Assembly (NCBI GenBank): GCA_009914755.4
Contig: CP068257.2
Coordinates: 22,624,001-22,688,000 of the forward strand
Length of the DNA stretch: 64,000 bases
Direction: 5' to 3'
Origin: the human T2T-CHM13v2.0 reference genome, Homo sapiens
In this document: piece after piece, positions 1-14,090 of the stretch
Numbering within the stretch: position 1 is the first letter of the stretch
How the letters are laid out: the number at the start of each line of letters is the position of its first letter
Notes under the pieces: generated by a model
The model's input: only the letters and a program-made list of their open reading frames with translations
What the model was told of the DNA's origin: nothing
Database searches by the model: none
Program-made: the position numbers and the translations under genes

Positions 1-607
1 ATGGTCAGTCTAGATGCTTAAGAAATATCTGTTGAATTGACTGACCTGAACAATGGTAATAAAAAGTGGCAGAAAGTTTACTGTTAGAATTTAAGTACAA
101 GACTGGTGGTAACAAAATCAAAAACAAAAACCAACAAACAAAAGCTCAACAACAGCAGTAGCTAACTCAACAGAAACAATTGGACAAAAGCTGCACCACT
201 AGTTGTGATAAAAGAATCAAGACTGTTAGTGATAATGGCAGATTATCACCGCACTGTGATACTGTTGGCTGCACTGTGTATTAAAACATCCATAGTAATT
301 TAATGTCAGTGGAGTGAGTGGCACCAGATGTGATCAGTGCAAATGGAGGCATTGGCCACAGTACAGTTGCATTAAAAATAATCTAAACAGGACCAGCATC
401 AAGGGTCATACAACAGTGAAGCACTAGACTAGAAGAGAGGGTATTAAAGACTCAAGTGATGTTGGATTGGAGACATCCTAGATGTCATGGTTTAAAGGCA
501 CAAGGCAAATTTTGAAGAAGGAAGTAGTAGGGGGAAGACACTGAATCAGAAGATATATTTAGGTAATATTATTAAATATAAAGTTATATTTATAAGATGT
601 AATATGT

Positions 608-722
608 AATATATTATGTTTATATATTAAATCAATATATGATGCATATTATATATATTAACATTTCATATAATATAATGTATATGTGATATAACATAAA
701 TATATTATAATATATGTATAGT
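608..722. repeat. AT-rich low-complexity block (imperfect TA/TATT-type)
   Basis: Almost pure A/T over about 115 bp with interlocking short palindromic TA-rich words. Confidence 0.6.
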
Positions 723-903
723 ATATGTTTGCCTGTATCTTAGAATTATAAATTTCCTCCCAGCATAAGAAAATAATTTACAGAAAAGTCTTTGCATTTT
801 CCATACACATTAGAGAAGTTGAACTCCCTTAGCCAGTGTGATGCTAATTAGGTTCCCATAGATAATGCATATATTCTAAAATTATGTTTAAGAAACATCT
901 TTT

Positions 904-1233
<330 letters not shown>

Positions 1234-2052
1234 AACACCTTTCATTTATTCCAAGATGTTGAAAAGAAACTTAAGCCTTTCTCTGTGAATTCATCTATTT
1301 GCTCACGTTATGTTTGTTATTATTTTTTACCGACTTTACTTTTTAGAGGTGTTTTAGGTCACAGCAAAATTGAGAGAAAGGTACAGAGATTTCTTATATA
1401 CCGTCTAACCCCACCTCCCACACATATGCATAGCCTCCACTATTATGCATATGCATCACCAAAGTGGCACATTAGCTGCAATTGATAAACTTACATTGAC
1501 ACATAGTAGTCACTACAAGTCCATAATTTACATTAGGGTTCACTCTTTGTGTTGTATATCATATGGGTTTGGACAAATGTATAATGATGTGCATGTACCA
1601 TTACAGTCTCAGATACTTTCACTGCCCTGAAAGTCCTCTGTGCTCTGCCTATTCATTTCTTTTCCAGTCTAATCCCTGGCAACCACCGATCTTTCCACTG
1701 TCTCTGTAGTTTTGCCTTTTCCAGAATGTGATATAGTTGGAATCATAACGTATACGGCCTTTTCAGATTATCTTATTTCACTTAGTAATATGCATTTAAG
1801 CTTCCTCTGTGTCTTTCATGGCTTGATAGTTCATTTGTTTTTAGTGCTGAATGATATTTTATTGTCTGAATATACCACAGTTAACTTATGTATTCACCTC
1901 CTGAAGGGGATTTGGATATTTTTGATTGATGCGTAAGCTGTACATATTTGGGGGGTTACATTGTTAAATGTGTAGAATATGTTCAAAATAATAAGGTCAA
2001 TGCCAATAATATTTTGAGGATCTAAGTAATGGGATAGACAGAACATAGCATC

Positions 2053-2082
2053 GTGTGTGTGTGTGTGCGCGTGTGTGTGTGC
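2053..2082. repeat. (GT)n microsatellite, interrupted by GC
   Basis: gtgtgtgtgtgtgtgcgcgtgtgtgtgtgc. Confidence 0.9.
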
Positions 2083-5000
2083 ATGTATTTATGCAGCCTA
2101 AAACTAGTAGAATCGAGGTCATGCAATTATTATAAGTTATTTGTAGAAACGTGCAAGTGATAATGTTAAAAGTTAAAATTATCTAAATATACATGTATAT
2201 CATCCATAGAGAAGAATATTAACATCTCCTTTTTTGCAAAGATCTTACAGTTCAAAGGTACCACCGTTAAGAGTCTTGAACTATTGCTACCACCAAAATT
2301 AATTGCCTATTCATTTCTGTTGCATTAAATGTCTCCTGTTAACATTAACCTGATTCTGTCACCAACATTTTACATATTTATTTAAATACACCTGAGGAAA
2401 TATGCTGAATGTAATTTAGGGTCATGTGGCATAGGATATTCATTTATTTATTTTTCCCCCATAGTAAATCCTAAAGAAACAATTACTGGGTGGGTTATGT
2501 TTAAACTAAGTATAATAAATGTGCAAATTTCAAATGTTATGAAAGCTGAAAGCAAAGCTTCTATATTGTGGTAATAGCTCTAATGTGCCAGAATGACACA
2601 TGGAATATTGTGACAGAGTATAGAGCTGGCAGGTAATACAATTTCTCAAAGAATTTAGGTTACAAAGCCCTCTGCAAATCACGTATAAGTACTTAGTTCG
2701 GAATAATATTTATTCTGAATCAATATTTAAGCGATAAAATAAAACATTAATACACAAAGAGAGGTTAGGTAGTATTTTCACGTGAACAGTTAATGATCTT
2801 GGTACCCTCATGGCTTGGAGAAACGTCAAGCCCCAGAAATGTAATTATTTAATAATGACAAAGAAACTTTTAAAAATATGTTTTATTAAAAAAATCACAA
2901 GTTGAGTTACAGAAAGTTTAATGGATAATTAGACCCCATAACCTTTTCTGATATAGCCTACCTTAGGCATATACTCAAGTCTTTTGGAGAAAAGATTATA
3001 AACAAAAAGGCAAGTAATTTTTTCAACAGTTGCTCTTATTTTCCACCACCCTAAGCCCTTGGTCTGCGTGGAAAGGAGCTCATGTTTAGTTGCTGTTTGC
3101 TCTTTTCTTGGCTTTTCCTAGCAAAATAAGCTGTAATTTATGAAATCATTATAAAGTAATACAAATCTAAGAAATCATGATAGTTTGATCAGATCATTAG
3201 CTGAAGTATCAGAAGATAATTTATATCCCTGATATGGCCTCATATGCTTAAAAAGAAGAGAACCTGAATTATATGAATCTGGAGGTTAATTATTGGTTTC
3301 TGGGTGCATCACAAGGAAAGATTTGCTGAGGGTGAGAGGATATTGAGTAGTGACACTTTGATAGTGACACTGTGGATATTCAACATGTTCTTCAATGTTA
3401 AGTAGAATGTATTTTAACAACTTAAGGGTTTTTTGTTAACTTTTATTTTAGATTAATTTAAGTGAATATCCAAAAATGTTATTTCCCAATTCATCAACAG
3501 TAACTTAAGTATTTGGTAAAAGGAAATAACAGTAGAAAGATACTTGAATTGGCTATCAGAAGTCCTAGGTGCAAGTTAGTTGGCTCAGCTAACTCATACA
3601 CACTTTACTGAATTCACACTCCCAAAGTGCCTATATATAATTTCAGTAACTCTAGGTCTTCCGTGGCTTCATGGTCTGTGGCAAAACAAAAATTGCAGGG
3701 ACAATATAAATTTGGTAAATAGTATGTGAAAGGTTATATAGCCCCAAACTAGTTTATTAAACTAGTGTAAATCAGAATAGAGAAGAAATAGAGGATGAGA
3801 GAAAGTGAAGACAATTCTTGATTTAAAATATTATATTAATCTTACATTAGAAATTTCCCATCCTCCAGATTTTCCTCCACAGCTGTACTGCTTATACTCT
3901 TAATAGGATTCAGAACAGTTTTGTTTGTTTGTTGTTTGTTTTTTATTAGGGAATGTTTAACCCAGATATGAACTCAACTCACCCTATCATTTGAGATTAA
4001 ATGGAATTTGGATTTAACTCCCATCCCACATGCATTGGGTCTTATCAACAAATCTTTCAATCTTGCAGGAGTCTGGGGTATAGTTATATTTCCCCTATTT
4101 ACCTCTGACTTTGGATTCAAGAATAAGGAGACATAGAGCTTACTTGAACTTAACCTATCAGACACAACCCACTTAGCTCAACTTACACGTAGCCCTCAAG
4201 TAACACATTCAAGTAATCTGTGTTTGTTGTCATTTTCTAAGTTTTGGTGCCATTTCTTGCCACAGCAAAAAGTAAGAGAAAGTGAAACATTAAAAGCAGT
4301 GGAAATGCAGAAGTGCTTCTACTGGATATTTGTCTGGAAATATGTATAAATAATCAGAAAATCTAGATAGGGCTAAACAATTCATGGATAAAATCCAGAG
4401 AAATATTTGCTTTAGTACTCGGGTGTGTGTGAACATTAAAACCTAAAATGAAAGCAGTCCTCCAGTTGAGACAAACAACAGCAACAACAAAGAAAACCCC
4501 TCTGAGTACAGAGAGGAAGTTTCTAGATCTTTCTTCTAGACATTGCCTTGCCTACTGAGCATCATGACCCAAGCCAATCAGTGCACACTGATTGGTTAAT
4601 CAAATACACTCAATAATTTTGTTTGTAATCTGAGAAGAATACCATATACATATAAAATGTTATAATCTCTCTTTTCTATTCTGTGAAATTGGGATAATAT
4701 TATTAGCCTCATGGCTTTTGTAATGATCCAATAAGTTAATATTCCTATAACAGAATAAAATGTTAAAACATTTGTAATTGCTTTTTTTTGAAGCAAAGTA
4801 GAACCATCAGTTCCTCACTCCCCATCTGCTTCTGCATCTCTTTCATCTCAACTAATGGCTATTCCTTCGTTCAAATTTCTCATGCCAAAATGGTGGCTGT
4901 CATCCTGGACTATTTTTTTTCTAGTCCACCTCTTGTCACAGGTCTATTGTCCTAACTCCACTTTCAATATATTCTCAGAATCACATCACTTCTTACAACT

Positions 5001-5593
5001 TCATAGCCACCAATCTGTTCTAAGCCACTGGCATCCCTCACCTAGGTTAACAAAATAGCCTCCTAACTGTTCTCCCTACTCCTTCCTTTACCCTCCTTTG
5101 TCTACTCTCAAGGAAACAATCAAAGTCACTCCAGTTCTTTTCTGGAAATTTTCCTGCCATCAGTGTCCTATCTCTTTAAGTTAACAGCCAGAGTTTTGAC
5201 CACGTTCTCCATGTTTTGATCTGGCCTCTGTAACTTGTCTGACTTCATTTCCTACTTTTCTTCATCTCTTTCACTCCACTCACTGCCATAGGCTTCACTG
5301 CTTCTTAAACAAGCTAGGCATGCTCTCAGCTGAGAGCCCTTTGCAAACGCTGTTCACTTTGTCTGAAAGGCTGTTGCCGGCATATAGTCCCAAGACCTCT
5401 TCCCTTTCTTTATTTTCCTCCGAAGTCCCCTTCCCAGTGAGGCCTTTCTGAAACACCATACCTAAAAATTATTCACCGCCCACACACACATATGCATAGA
5501 CTGCAAGCTCCTTTCAGTTTTTATTTTTCTACTATGCACTTATCACTATCTACCAAAGAATATCAGTGTTCCTCAGAGAAACATAACCAGTAA

Positions 5594-5668
5594 GATAAAT
5601 AGGTAGATAGATGATTGATTGATTGATAGATGGATAGATAGATAGATGATAGACAGATGATAGAGAAA
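5594..5668. repeat. Compound tetranucleotide STR (GATA/GATG/GATT)n
   Basis: gataaataggtagatagatgattgattgattgatagatggatagatagatagatgatagacagatgatag. Confidence 0.85.
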
Positions 5669-6699
5669 GAGATAAATGTTTTAACGTCTCCTCCATATCT
5701 ATTATTTATTTTAAGAAATTTTCTCACGTGATTGTGAGAGGTGGCAAGTCTGAAATCCACAGAGCAGACTGAGAGGCTGAAAACTCAGACAGGAATTGAC
5801 GTTGTAATCTTGAGTCTGAAATGTAAAGGGCAGTCCGGCAGGCTGTATGTTCAATCATGATTTCAGTTGATTACAAGGTAATCAACTGATTGGATGAGAC
5901 CCATGTAATTTTCTTAAATTCAACTGATTGTAGATGTTAATCACATCTATAAAATAACTTCACAGAAAAAAAATCTTAACTAGTGTTTGAGCTAATAACT
6001 GGGCACCATAGCCTAGTCATAGTGACACATAAAATTTAACCATCGTACATAGTATATATTTTTCTTTTTTCAAACTCATATTTATTTTCTGTGTCTCTCA
6101 TTAAAAATCTATGTTCCATGAAGACAGGGGTTGTTGTCCGATTGTTTACTAAAGTTTTCTCACTGACCAGAACAGTGCCTGAGCACTCAGTAAATATTTG
6201 TTGACCTTATTAATGCACTTGGGTTGGATTGTTGAGAGATGCTTAAAACTGATTTGGAGACCTTTGGCCCATCACCCACATCAAAATTGTAAGAGGTTCA
6301 AGAGTCTAAAATAGAAGGGAGTGTCTTTGGTTGGGTTGGGGGGTAGTTTATAGTGTGCTGTGCAGCTGACTCTATTAGAAAGGATAAATCTCTGGTTAGC
6401 ACAGCAGCCCAGTTGCTGAGAAGCAAGTTGTGAGCAGTGGCAGTGGAAGAGACTCCAGGAAATAGAAATCAGAGGTTGTGAGGGGAAGGGAAATCTAAAC
6501 AAAATCAAAAACAGAAACAAAACCCTCGAAAGTGCCTATGGAAGAAAAGAATCAACTCCAATTGAGAGACGAGAAAGAAAGAAATCAGCTAGTTGATTTG
6601 CCAAGGGGAAGGTCCTTGGCAGAACTTCTCTTCTAACAAAAGGAAAGGAGCAGCGTAAAAGATCAAGCTGCAAGCATAGATAAGGGAAGCAAGACCCAG

Positions 6700-7270
6700 C
6701 ACCAAAGAGTGCCTTCTGTGTGATCAGCAAGTTTTATATACATACGGGGACCCCAGTGAGCACATTCTTATCTTTTTTTGGATATACTCAGATAAGGAGG
6801 CTTACACAGGAGGGCTTGCTTGGAACATGCCTGCAGCTGCACAGATAAGGAGAGTTACACTGGGACAGGCACATCCACAAGGGAAGATTCTGCCCGCTGC
6901 CCCCTAACACATGTGCAGTAAGGGAAATTGAGCAACATGGAGTAACTTAGGCTAAGATCCCCCATGTGCATTGGAAGGACTGGGTGGGGGCTGTCAGGAA
7001 TTTGCACCTTATGCAGATAACATACCCAGTCCTAACCGGGTTTTCTTGCCTTATGTAGATAAAGAATCCCCTCCCCACTAGCTCGTTTATAAAATTCTTG
7101 TATTTCACTGTAGGATGGCTACCCTTTTACGGGACCCCTCTCTATCTCAGAGAGCTTTCTCTCTTTCTTTCACTTATTAAACTTCTGTTCCAACTTCACC
7201 CTTGGTGTGTCCCTGTTCCTTGATTTCCTTGGTCGCAAGACCAAGAGCTTTGGGTAGTAGGCACCCCAGA
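6700..7270 (+). mobile_element. Putative solo ERV LTR (family undetermined)
   Basis: About 570-bp block with LTR-like organisation. It has an ATTAAA poly(A) signal near 7185 followed by a TGTGTCCCTG-type motif, and is GC-richer than its surroundings. The call comes from layout only, not from a recognised consensus. Confidence 0.3.
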
Positions 7271-7461
7271 AAACAAGGCCTGTTTCACAATCACACACCT
7301 TGTCCTGATACCAGATGACAGTAACACTTGCCAACAACAAATTCTCCTTGCCGGTAATTACCTGTTCCCTAGCTCAAATCCTGGAAGGTTAGGGAAACTC
7401 ATAAATGTTTGGATAAAGAGGAAGTATAGCTAGGATAGGGTTCAGAAATTAGCCATATCGT

Positions 7462-7839
<378 letters not shown>

Positions 7840-8748
7840 TTATGTAAGAATTTTAATTATTTTATTTTACATTAGAATGGATATTTTAATTACTGACATG
7901 GATTGTTTGGGACTTAAAATACCTGGAGGAATGTTTATTTGTCAAGAGTGATTGAGAATGTTTTTACACCAGCCAAAATGTTCATCTAATGGCTTTGTAG
8001 AAGTAATGAATCTTCAGGCTTGGTTTAAAGGGGTAGTGACAAAAAAGAAAAGTTGTTTAATGCTAACACCGTCTTAAATTTAGTTCATTTAGGAGAAGAA
8101 AACACATGTAAAGGCCGTAGGGTAGTGTTAAGCAGATATGAAGAATTTAGTAACTCTTAACTATTTTTCTCAGTACCATTAGGAATGGATGTTGACTTTT
8201 ATTTGATGTATAACCTTATGTCAAATGTCCGTTACTGAAAATAAACTAGACAGAAAGCACAGATCCATGAAACCTGTCTTTATATATTTATATTCCATCA
8301 TCTCTGACCCATAACAGATGCTCAGCTATTTTTTGAGAGGATGATAATAAGAGCAAACATGACTAGCTGCCAAAGTGAATGAAACAACCATAGGCATTCT
8401 AGAATCTCAAAAAGATGGAATTGGCTAGAACATGAGAGAGGATTTAGGGAGTAGGTAGGGCTAACTGATCATTAAAGAATTAGTAAACTGTGGCTAGAAA
8501 GAATGAGTTTAGTGGAGTAGGGTGAAGATGAGGAAGAGAGAGCAGGTAATATGAAAGAACACAGGCACAAAAGTTGTACTGTTTGCCATAGGCAGAGAAC
8601 TTTGATACATCTTACTCTGAATTTCTTGTAATCAAATTAGCTGTTCAGTGAATAGGGCTTTCATGTGTTTGCAATGGTCACTTTTTTTTTAATAGCATAA
8701 TGCTCTTATGTCCAATAATGGTCACTACTTCTGGTCATCACAGTCCAT

Positions 8749-8771
8749 TTCTCTCTCTCTCTCTCTCTCTG
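8749..8771. repeat. (CT)n microsatellite
   Basis: ctctctctctctctctctctct immediately 5' of the poly(T) of the next Alu. Confidence 0.9.
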
Positions 8772-9100
8772 TTTTTTTTTTTCTCTTTTTTGTTTTTTTT
8801 TTTCAGACAAGTTCTTGCTCTGTCACCCAGGCAGGAGTGTAGGAGTGCAGTGGTGTGATCATGGCTGACTGCAGCCTTGACCTCCTGGCCTTAAGCAATC
8901 CCCCCACCCCAGCCTCCCAAGTAGTGGGGAGTATAGGTGCACAATATCACACCTGTCTACTTTTTTTATTTTTATTTTTTATAGAGATGGGGGTCTTGCC
9001 TTGTTGCTCAGGTTTGTCTCAGACTCTTGGGTTCAAGTGGTCCTCCTGCCTCAGCCTCCCAAAGTGCTGGGATTATGGGCATGGGACACTATGCCCAGCC
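8772..9100 (-). mobile_element. Alu SINE, minus orientation
   Basis: Poly(T) followed by the reverse complement of the Alu body (GAGACAAG..GCTCTGTCACCCAGGC ... CCTCCCAAAGTGCTGGGATTATGGGCATG...GCCCAGCC). Confidence 0.95.
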
Positions 9101-11058
9101 TCATAGTCCATTTTGATTATAATTGATCTGAGAAGTTTAGTTATGTAGCAAATGCACATATTTTTTAATGTCAAATGTTTTGATGTGCTAAGAGAGCTAT
9201 TTAATTTTAATTTTAACATCAAATATCTTAAAGTTGGCTAAAAATTAAAGATGGTTTAACTCAAAACATTTTAAATATAAAAGGAGTTTTGTAATTGGAG
9301 TTACAGAAAGAATATTTAAATGTCACTAGTCTAGAAACTGGAAACAAAGGTAAGGACCAGTTTTGGACCATCAAAAGATAATTTAATTAGCAAGACTCTC
9401 TGATTTTCAGGTTGTTGCTTATGTTAAATGCAACTATGTGGTGGTATATCATGGTGTATATATTTCTGGTGGAGGTGTATAACTAATCATAGTAGTTTTA
9501 CTCAAGAAACGTGTAACATTTGCAGTTGAGAAGCAAAACACATACACATTATAAAGCACAAAGCACATAAGCCCATTTATCAAATAAAAAGTTGTTTGGA
9601 TATTTCTGGTTAAAATCATTTTCTTTATAAATGCTAATTATTAGAGAATTTCTCTTGCAGACCCATTAGAAACTAGAGATATTTGTTTGACATCATGAAG
9701 GTTATCTTTCCCAAAACTTAAACTAAATTGTTAATGTAGATTGAAATGATTTGAACAAATACATTTATTTGCTTATGGATGAACAGCTATTAAGACTCTT
9801 ATTTTTCATAAGTTGCTAAGTATGTATAATATGTTAAAAAATCCTGATGGAATATTTTGAATACATTGTGTTCTGGTAATTTTACCTAAATTGTGCTTGA
9901 AGAGAATCTGTTACTTTAGTCATGTCAGCTAAAAGTAATCTTATCTTACTTTGTCAGGGAAAAAAAGGACTTCCTCAAATCAGAATGCCTAAGATATCGA
10001 ACCTGCAGAGAAGTGCCCCCACATTTGTATTTTTTTTAATTAAAGATGTAAATTATGAATATGCAAATATAACCCTGAATCACAATACATTGAAACATGG
10101 ACACATTCTTAGGTCTGCATATTTAACATTAAGATTGTGACGTATTCCCAATTATTCAGGTTCATTTGCATATAATCTGCTTTTTAGAACTGATTTAAAC
10201 AAAGACATCACAGGATGAAATAAAGCAACTTGCTTCATAAGAAAAAGTCATATTGCTGCAGAATATCTTGACAGAGGGCATGGCTGACATTTTTAATTTC
10301 TAGATGCTTGCATCTTCTGTAATTATCTTTCAGTAACTATATTCAGAAATGAAGCTGGTTTAATCACCAGCTTCATTGATGGTACAAATGACAGTATGTT
10401 ATCAGTAGTATATTTCCAAACCCACTCTGCAGTTGTATCAGCATGGAATGCAAATAAACTGTACCAGGTATATTAAAAGCTGTGAGTTATTTTCTGTAAC
10501 TCATGCTTGTTTGTTCTACTGATCAGCAGGCAGATGCTGCAGCCTAGTTATCAGGAACAAGTCCCAGCTGAGAGCACATTCCTTTTGTCTGTGCAGAATC
10601 TAATAATTATCTTCATGAGTATTGCTTAAGAGAAGGAGGAGCATCTGCTCTGTTGGTCATTAAGACAACAGACTTGGTGAAACAGTTGTGATCATCCAAA
10701 TCTACACTAAATTAACATCATTAGAATTGAGTTAATTTACTTATGCTTACAGAATGATGATTCTACAAACTATAGAACTTGCATTGATTACTAACCCATT
10801 GCAAGTTCTTAAATAACATTTATTTGTTGAAATAAAGTTAATAAAAAATCCAAACTTCTTAATGGGGAATATTCTAGAATTGACTACAATGACCAAAAGC
10901 AAAGTTATTTGAATTCTTAGAAATTGGCATTTGCTGATGCTAATTATTTTCAGGATTTTAGGTGTGTGAGACAAGTTCTGGGTGGTTGAAGAGAGATAAT
11001 TATTTTAAAGATACCTAGATTTGAGTCACAAGCAAGATTTTGAATGTTGGTGAATTCG

Positions 11059-11141
11059 CCATTTTGATAATATTAAATGAATTGGGATTATGTGTCTTAG
11101 CCATTTTGATAATATTAAATGAATTGGGATTATGTATCTTG
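11059..11141. repeat. Tandem duplication, 2 x 42 bp
   Basis: ccattttgataatattaaatgaattgggattatgtgtcttag is repeated head-to-tail with 2 mismatches. Confidence 0.85.
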
Positions 11142-11239
11142 TTAAAAATGCAAAAGAGTGAAGACTTTCTGTATATCAAAAAGTTTATTTTATGTCTATT
11201 AGCTGTACAGCTAAGATCCAACTAAATTGCACATTACAT

Positions 11240-11345
11240 TTTAAGATTTCAGATCACTACTCCCCAGAGATTCTGAATCAATAGGTCAGAGAGGAATCCA
11301 GAGATCTGAATTTTTCAGCTCAGATGATTATAAGGCTACATTAGT
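11240..11345. mobile_element. Possible hAT-type MITE fragment (MER5/MER1-like)
   Basis: ccccagagattctgaatcaataggtc...gaatccagagatctgaatttttcagctc resembles the central 'ccccagagattctgattcagtaggtctgg...gaatctgcatttttaacaagctcc' core of MER5-type elements. It is diverged and the match is from memory. Confidence 0.3.
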
Positions 11346-11378
11346 CCCAGATCTGCAATTTGGAATAATCAGCAGAAA

Positions 11379-11539
11379 TCTCTCTCTTTTTCCTTGGCTC
11401 TCCCTTCTTCACTCTCCCTTCTTCCTTTCTTCCCTGCCTCCCTCCCTCTCTCCCCACTCCCTCCCTCTCCCCTCCCTCTCTCCCCCCTCTCTCCCCCTTC
11501 TTCCACCCTCCCTCCCTCCCAGTCTCCCTTCTTCCCTTC
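11379..11539. repeat. Polypyrimidine (CT-rich, near-mirror) tract, about 160 bp
   Basis: The + strand is almost exclusively C/T (ctctctttttccttggctctcccttcttcactctcccttcttcctttcttccctgcctccctccctctctcc...). The 61-aa minus-strand ORF at 11369..11554 (GE/GR-rich) is an artefact of this tract. Confidence 0.9.
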
Positions 11540-13663
11540 AGAATAAACTTCCATACAACTTTCTAGCAGATATCTGTAATGATCTTATTGGTTAAAACTT
11601 CTTTAAAGTCTGTGACTAACTCAATCACTGAAAATGATTATGAATCCTAATTATTGGTTTAAACTGATCAGGTTTGATAACTAGAGCTGAGGATGAGCAA
11701 CCATGCCTAAGTCCTGTATTAAAGTGTGAACATCCATAAAAAAAAAAAAAAATGAGCTCTGAATGAAGCTAAAAAGAATATCTCAAAAGTAAGCCATACA
11801 AATTTTCTGCTAGTGTTTCTTATTTTACCAAATTTTTTTTGTGGGTATATTCTGTTTACCCCTGGTTAGGCATAATACATTAAAAAAAGAGTAGCTTTCT
11901 GATTTGTTTCTTTGAATAGGTAGAACAAATTTGTTTGGAACATAAATGAGACATTTTGAATTTTTCTATATTCCTTCTGTTCATTCTATAATATAAAAAG
12001 CATATTTAGAAAATATAAATATATTAATAAAGAAAAGATTTAGTAAATATGAGCAATATTTATTTATCATCAGTGATCAAATAAGAAAAAAGATGAGTTA
12101 TGTGTTTGGGAATTTTAGACTGTCCTTAATATTTAAACTTGCATTTGCATTTTTTGTTTTTTGCTTTAATAGCGTAAATTCAAAATGTTCCTTTTTAAAA
12201 TTACCAATTACTGTGCAGGAAATATAAATAATAAAAAAAGATAAATTATTCAAGATAAGATAATCAGGTTTCTGCTTTTTATGTTTTCCTTTGTGTGTGT
12301 GTGCCTCCCATTTCCTTGTTTGTCACTGTTTTCCATACACTACTTATCTCAAAAGAAAGAAGCCACTAGTTGGTCAAATTGCTTTATACCTTCCTCTACT
12401 GTATCTGCACATATTTCATACTGCATACTGCACGAAGCAAGCATGCTAGGAATAGAAAATGAAGACACTTCAAGATGTTATGCTTTCTCAGCAGGTATCT
12501 GATTGGTGGAATGTTTATTTAGATGTATATATGTTTGTTCCTACTCGTTAACCAAGGTGATCGCAATAAGAAACTGAAGTCATTTCAAGGTGATAAATGA
12601 CACTGTCATCCAAAAAGCACGTCTCATTTTTTTGTCTTTTTTTTTAGTTTAATGCATATTACTAGGTCACATTGATTATGTAGCTTAGCATGGGATATTT
12701 ATATTGCTTTTCCTTAAAATTGATACATTGCTCATGGTGATGATAAATAGATCCTTGTAATCATATTATGGCAGATTGGCACAGGAAAACATTGAATTAA
12801 TTTAATCATTTAGGCATTGTATTCAGGTAGCAACAAAAAGCTGCCTTACATGAATTATAAATGTAATGTTTTCTCAAGTACAAGAAATTCAGAGTAGAGA
12901 GTTCCAGATTAGAGGGCCAGGATGCCATCAAAGAGAGTGCTAACTCTTTAACATCATGCTTGTTCTTAATTTTAATATAACTCTCATTTTCATGCTGTTT
13001 AGATGGCCGCAAAAACTCCAGCCATCACATGGGTGTTTCAGGCAGGAAGAAGGGCATGAGCAAAAGGAGAAGTATTCTGGATGGCTGAGCCCATGTGCAT
13101 TTCTTTCTGACTTCTGTCTTCAATTTATTGGCCAAAATGTGATATATGATAAGAGAAGATGAGATAACAATTATTATTTAAAAGCGGGCCTTCCTAACTT
13201 TACAAGCAAAAGCAGAATTTTGTGCTAAGAAAGAAGAAAATACATTTGGTGAGCATTTAGCAGTCTTGCTGCATTTATCAGTGAAAGAGAAACTTGTCTT
13301 GATAATCAGCTTACTCTGAATAAAAAAAAGATAACATAAGTGGGGAAAATAAGGTTCAAAATTCAAGGTATCTCTAAGTGGGAAATGGCCTGGAGAGAGG
13401 AGAAAAGGTTAAGAAGTATGTCTAACTTTCCGTTTAGGGTTGCCAAAATCACATCTGCTTTCACTGGATCAACTAATATTCCTATTCTAATAACTGTCAG
13501 AATTATGTGTATATATATATACTTTTTTTTCATTCTCCTCCATTTGTTGTTCAGAGGATGTAGACAGTTGACTCCCTGGTGTCATCTAATTAATATTCAA
13601 CATTTGCAAAACTGGACTTTATTTCTTCCCTTCTTGCCTTCTGTCTGCCTTTTTTCTTTTCAA

Positions 13664-14090
13664 CTTTGAAGTTCTGAGGTACATGTGCAGGATGTGTAGG
13701 TTTGTTACACAGGTAAAAGTGTGCCATAGTGGTTGCTACACAGATCAGCCCATCACCTGGGTATTAAAACCAGCATCCATTAGCTATTCTGATGCTCTCC
13801 CTCCCCCTGCCCCCGCAAAATGCCCCAGTGTGTGCTGTTGCCCTCCATGTGTCCATGTATTCTCATCCTTCAGTTCCCACTTACAAGTGACAACATGCAG
13901 TGTTTGGTTTTCTGTTCCTGTGTTAATTTGCCGAGGATAACGGATTCCAGCTCTGCCCATGTCCCTGCAAAGGACACGATCTCATTCCTTTTTATGACTG
14001 CATAGTATTCCATGGTGTATATGTACCACATTTTCTTTGTTTAATCTATCATTGGTAGGCATTTGGGTTGATTCCATGTCTGTCTACCTC
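13664..14090 (-). mobile_element. L1 (L1PA-type) 3' end fragment, antisense on + strand
   Basis: ttgaagttctgaggtacatgtgcaggatgtgtaggtttgttacacagg...ctccctccccctgccccc...tgacaacatgcagtgtttggttttctgttcctgtgttaatttgc...catagtattccatggtgtatatgtaccacattttc matches the reverse complement of the L1 3'UTR and ORF2 end. Confidence 0.85.

Noticed and set aside
11369-11554. 61-aa Gly/Glu/Arg-rich ORF (MEVYSEGKKGDWEGGRVEEGGERGERGRGEGG...)
   Set aside because: It is a translation artefact of the polypyrimidine tract read on the purine strand.
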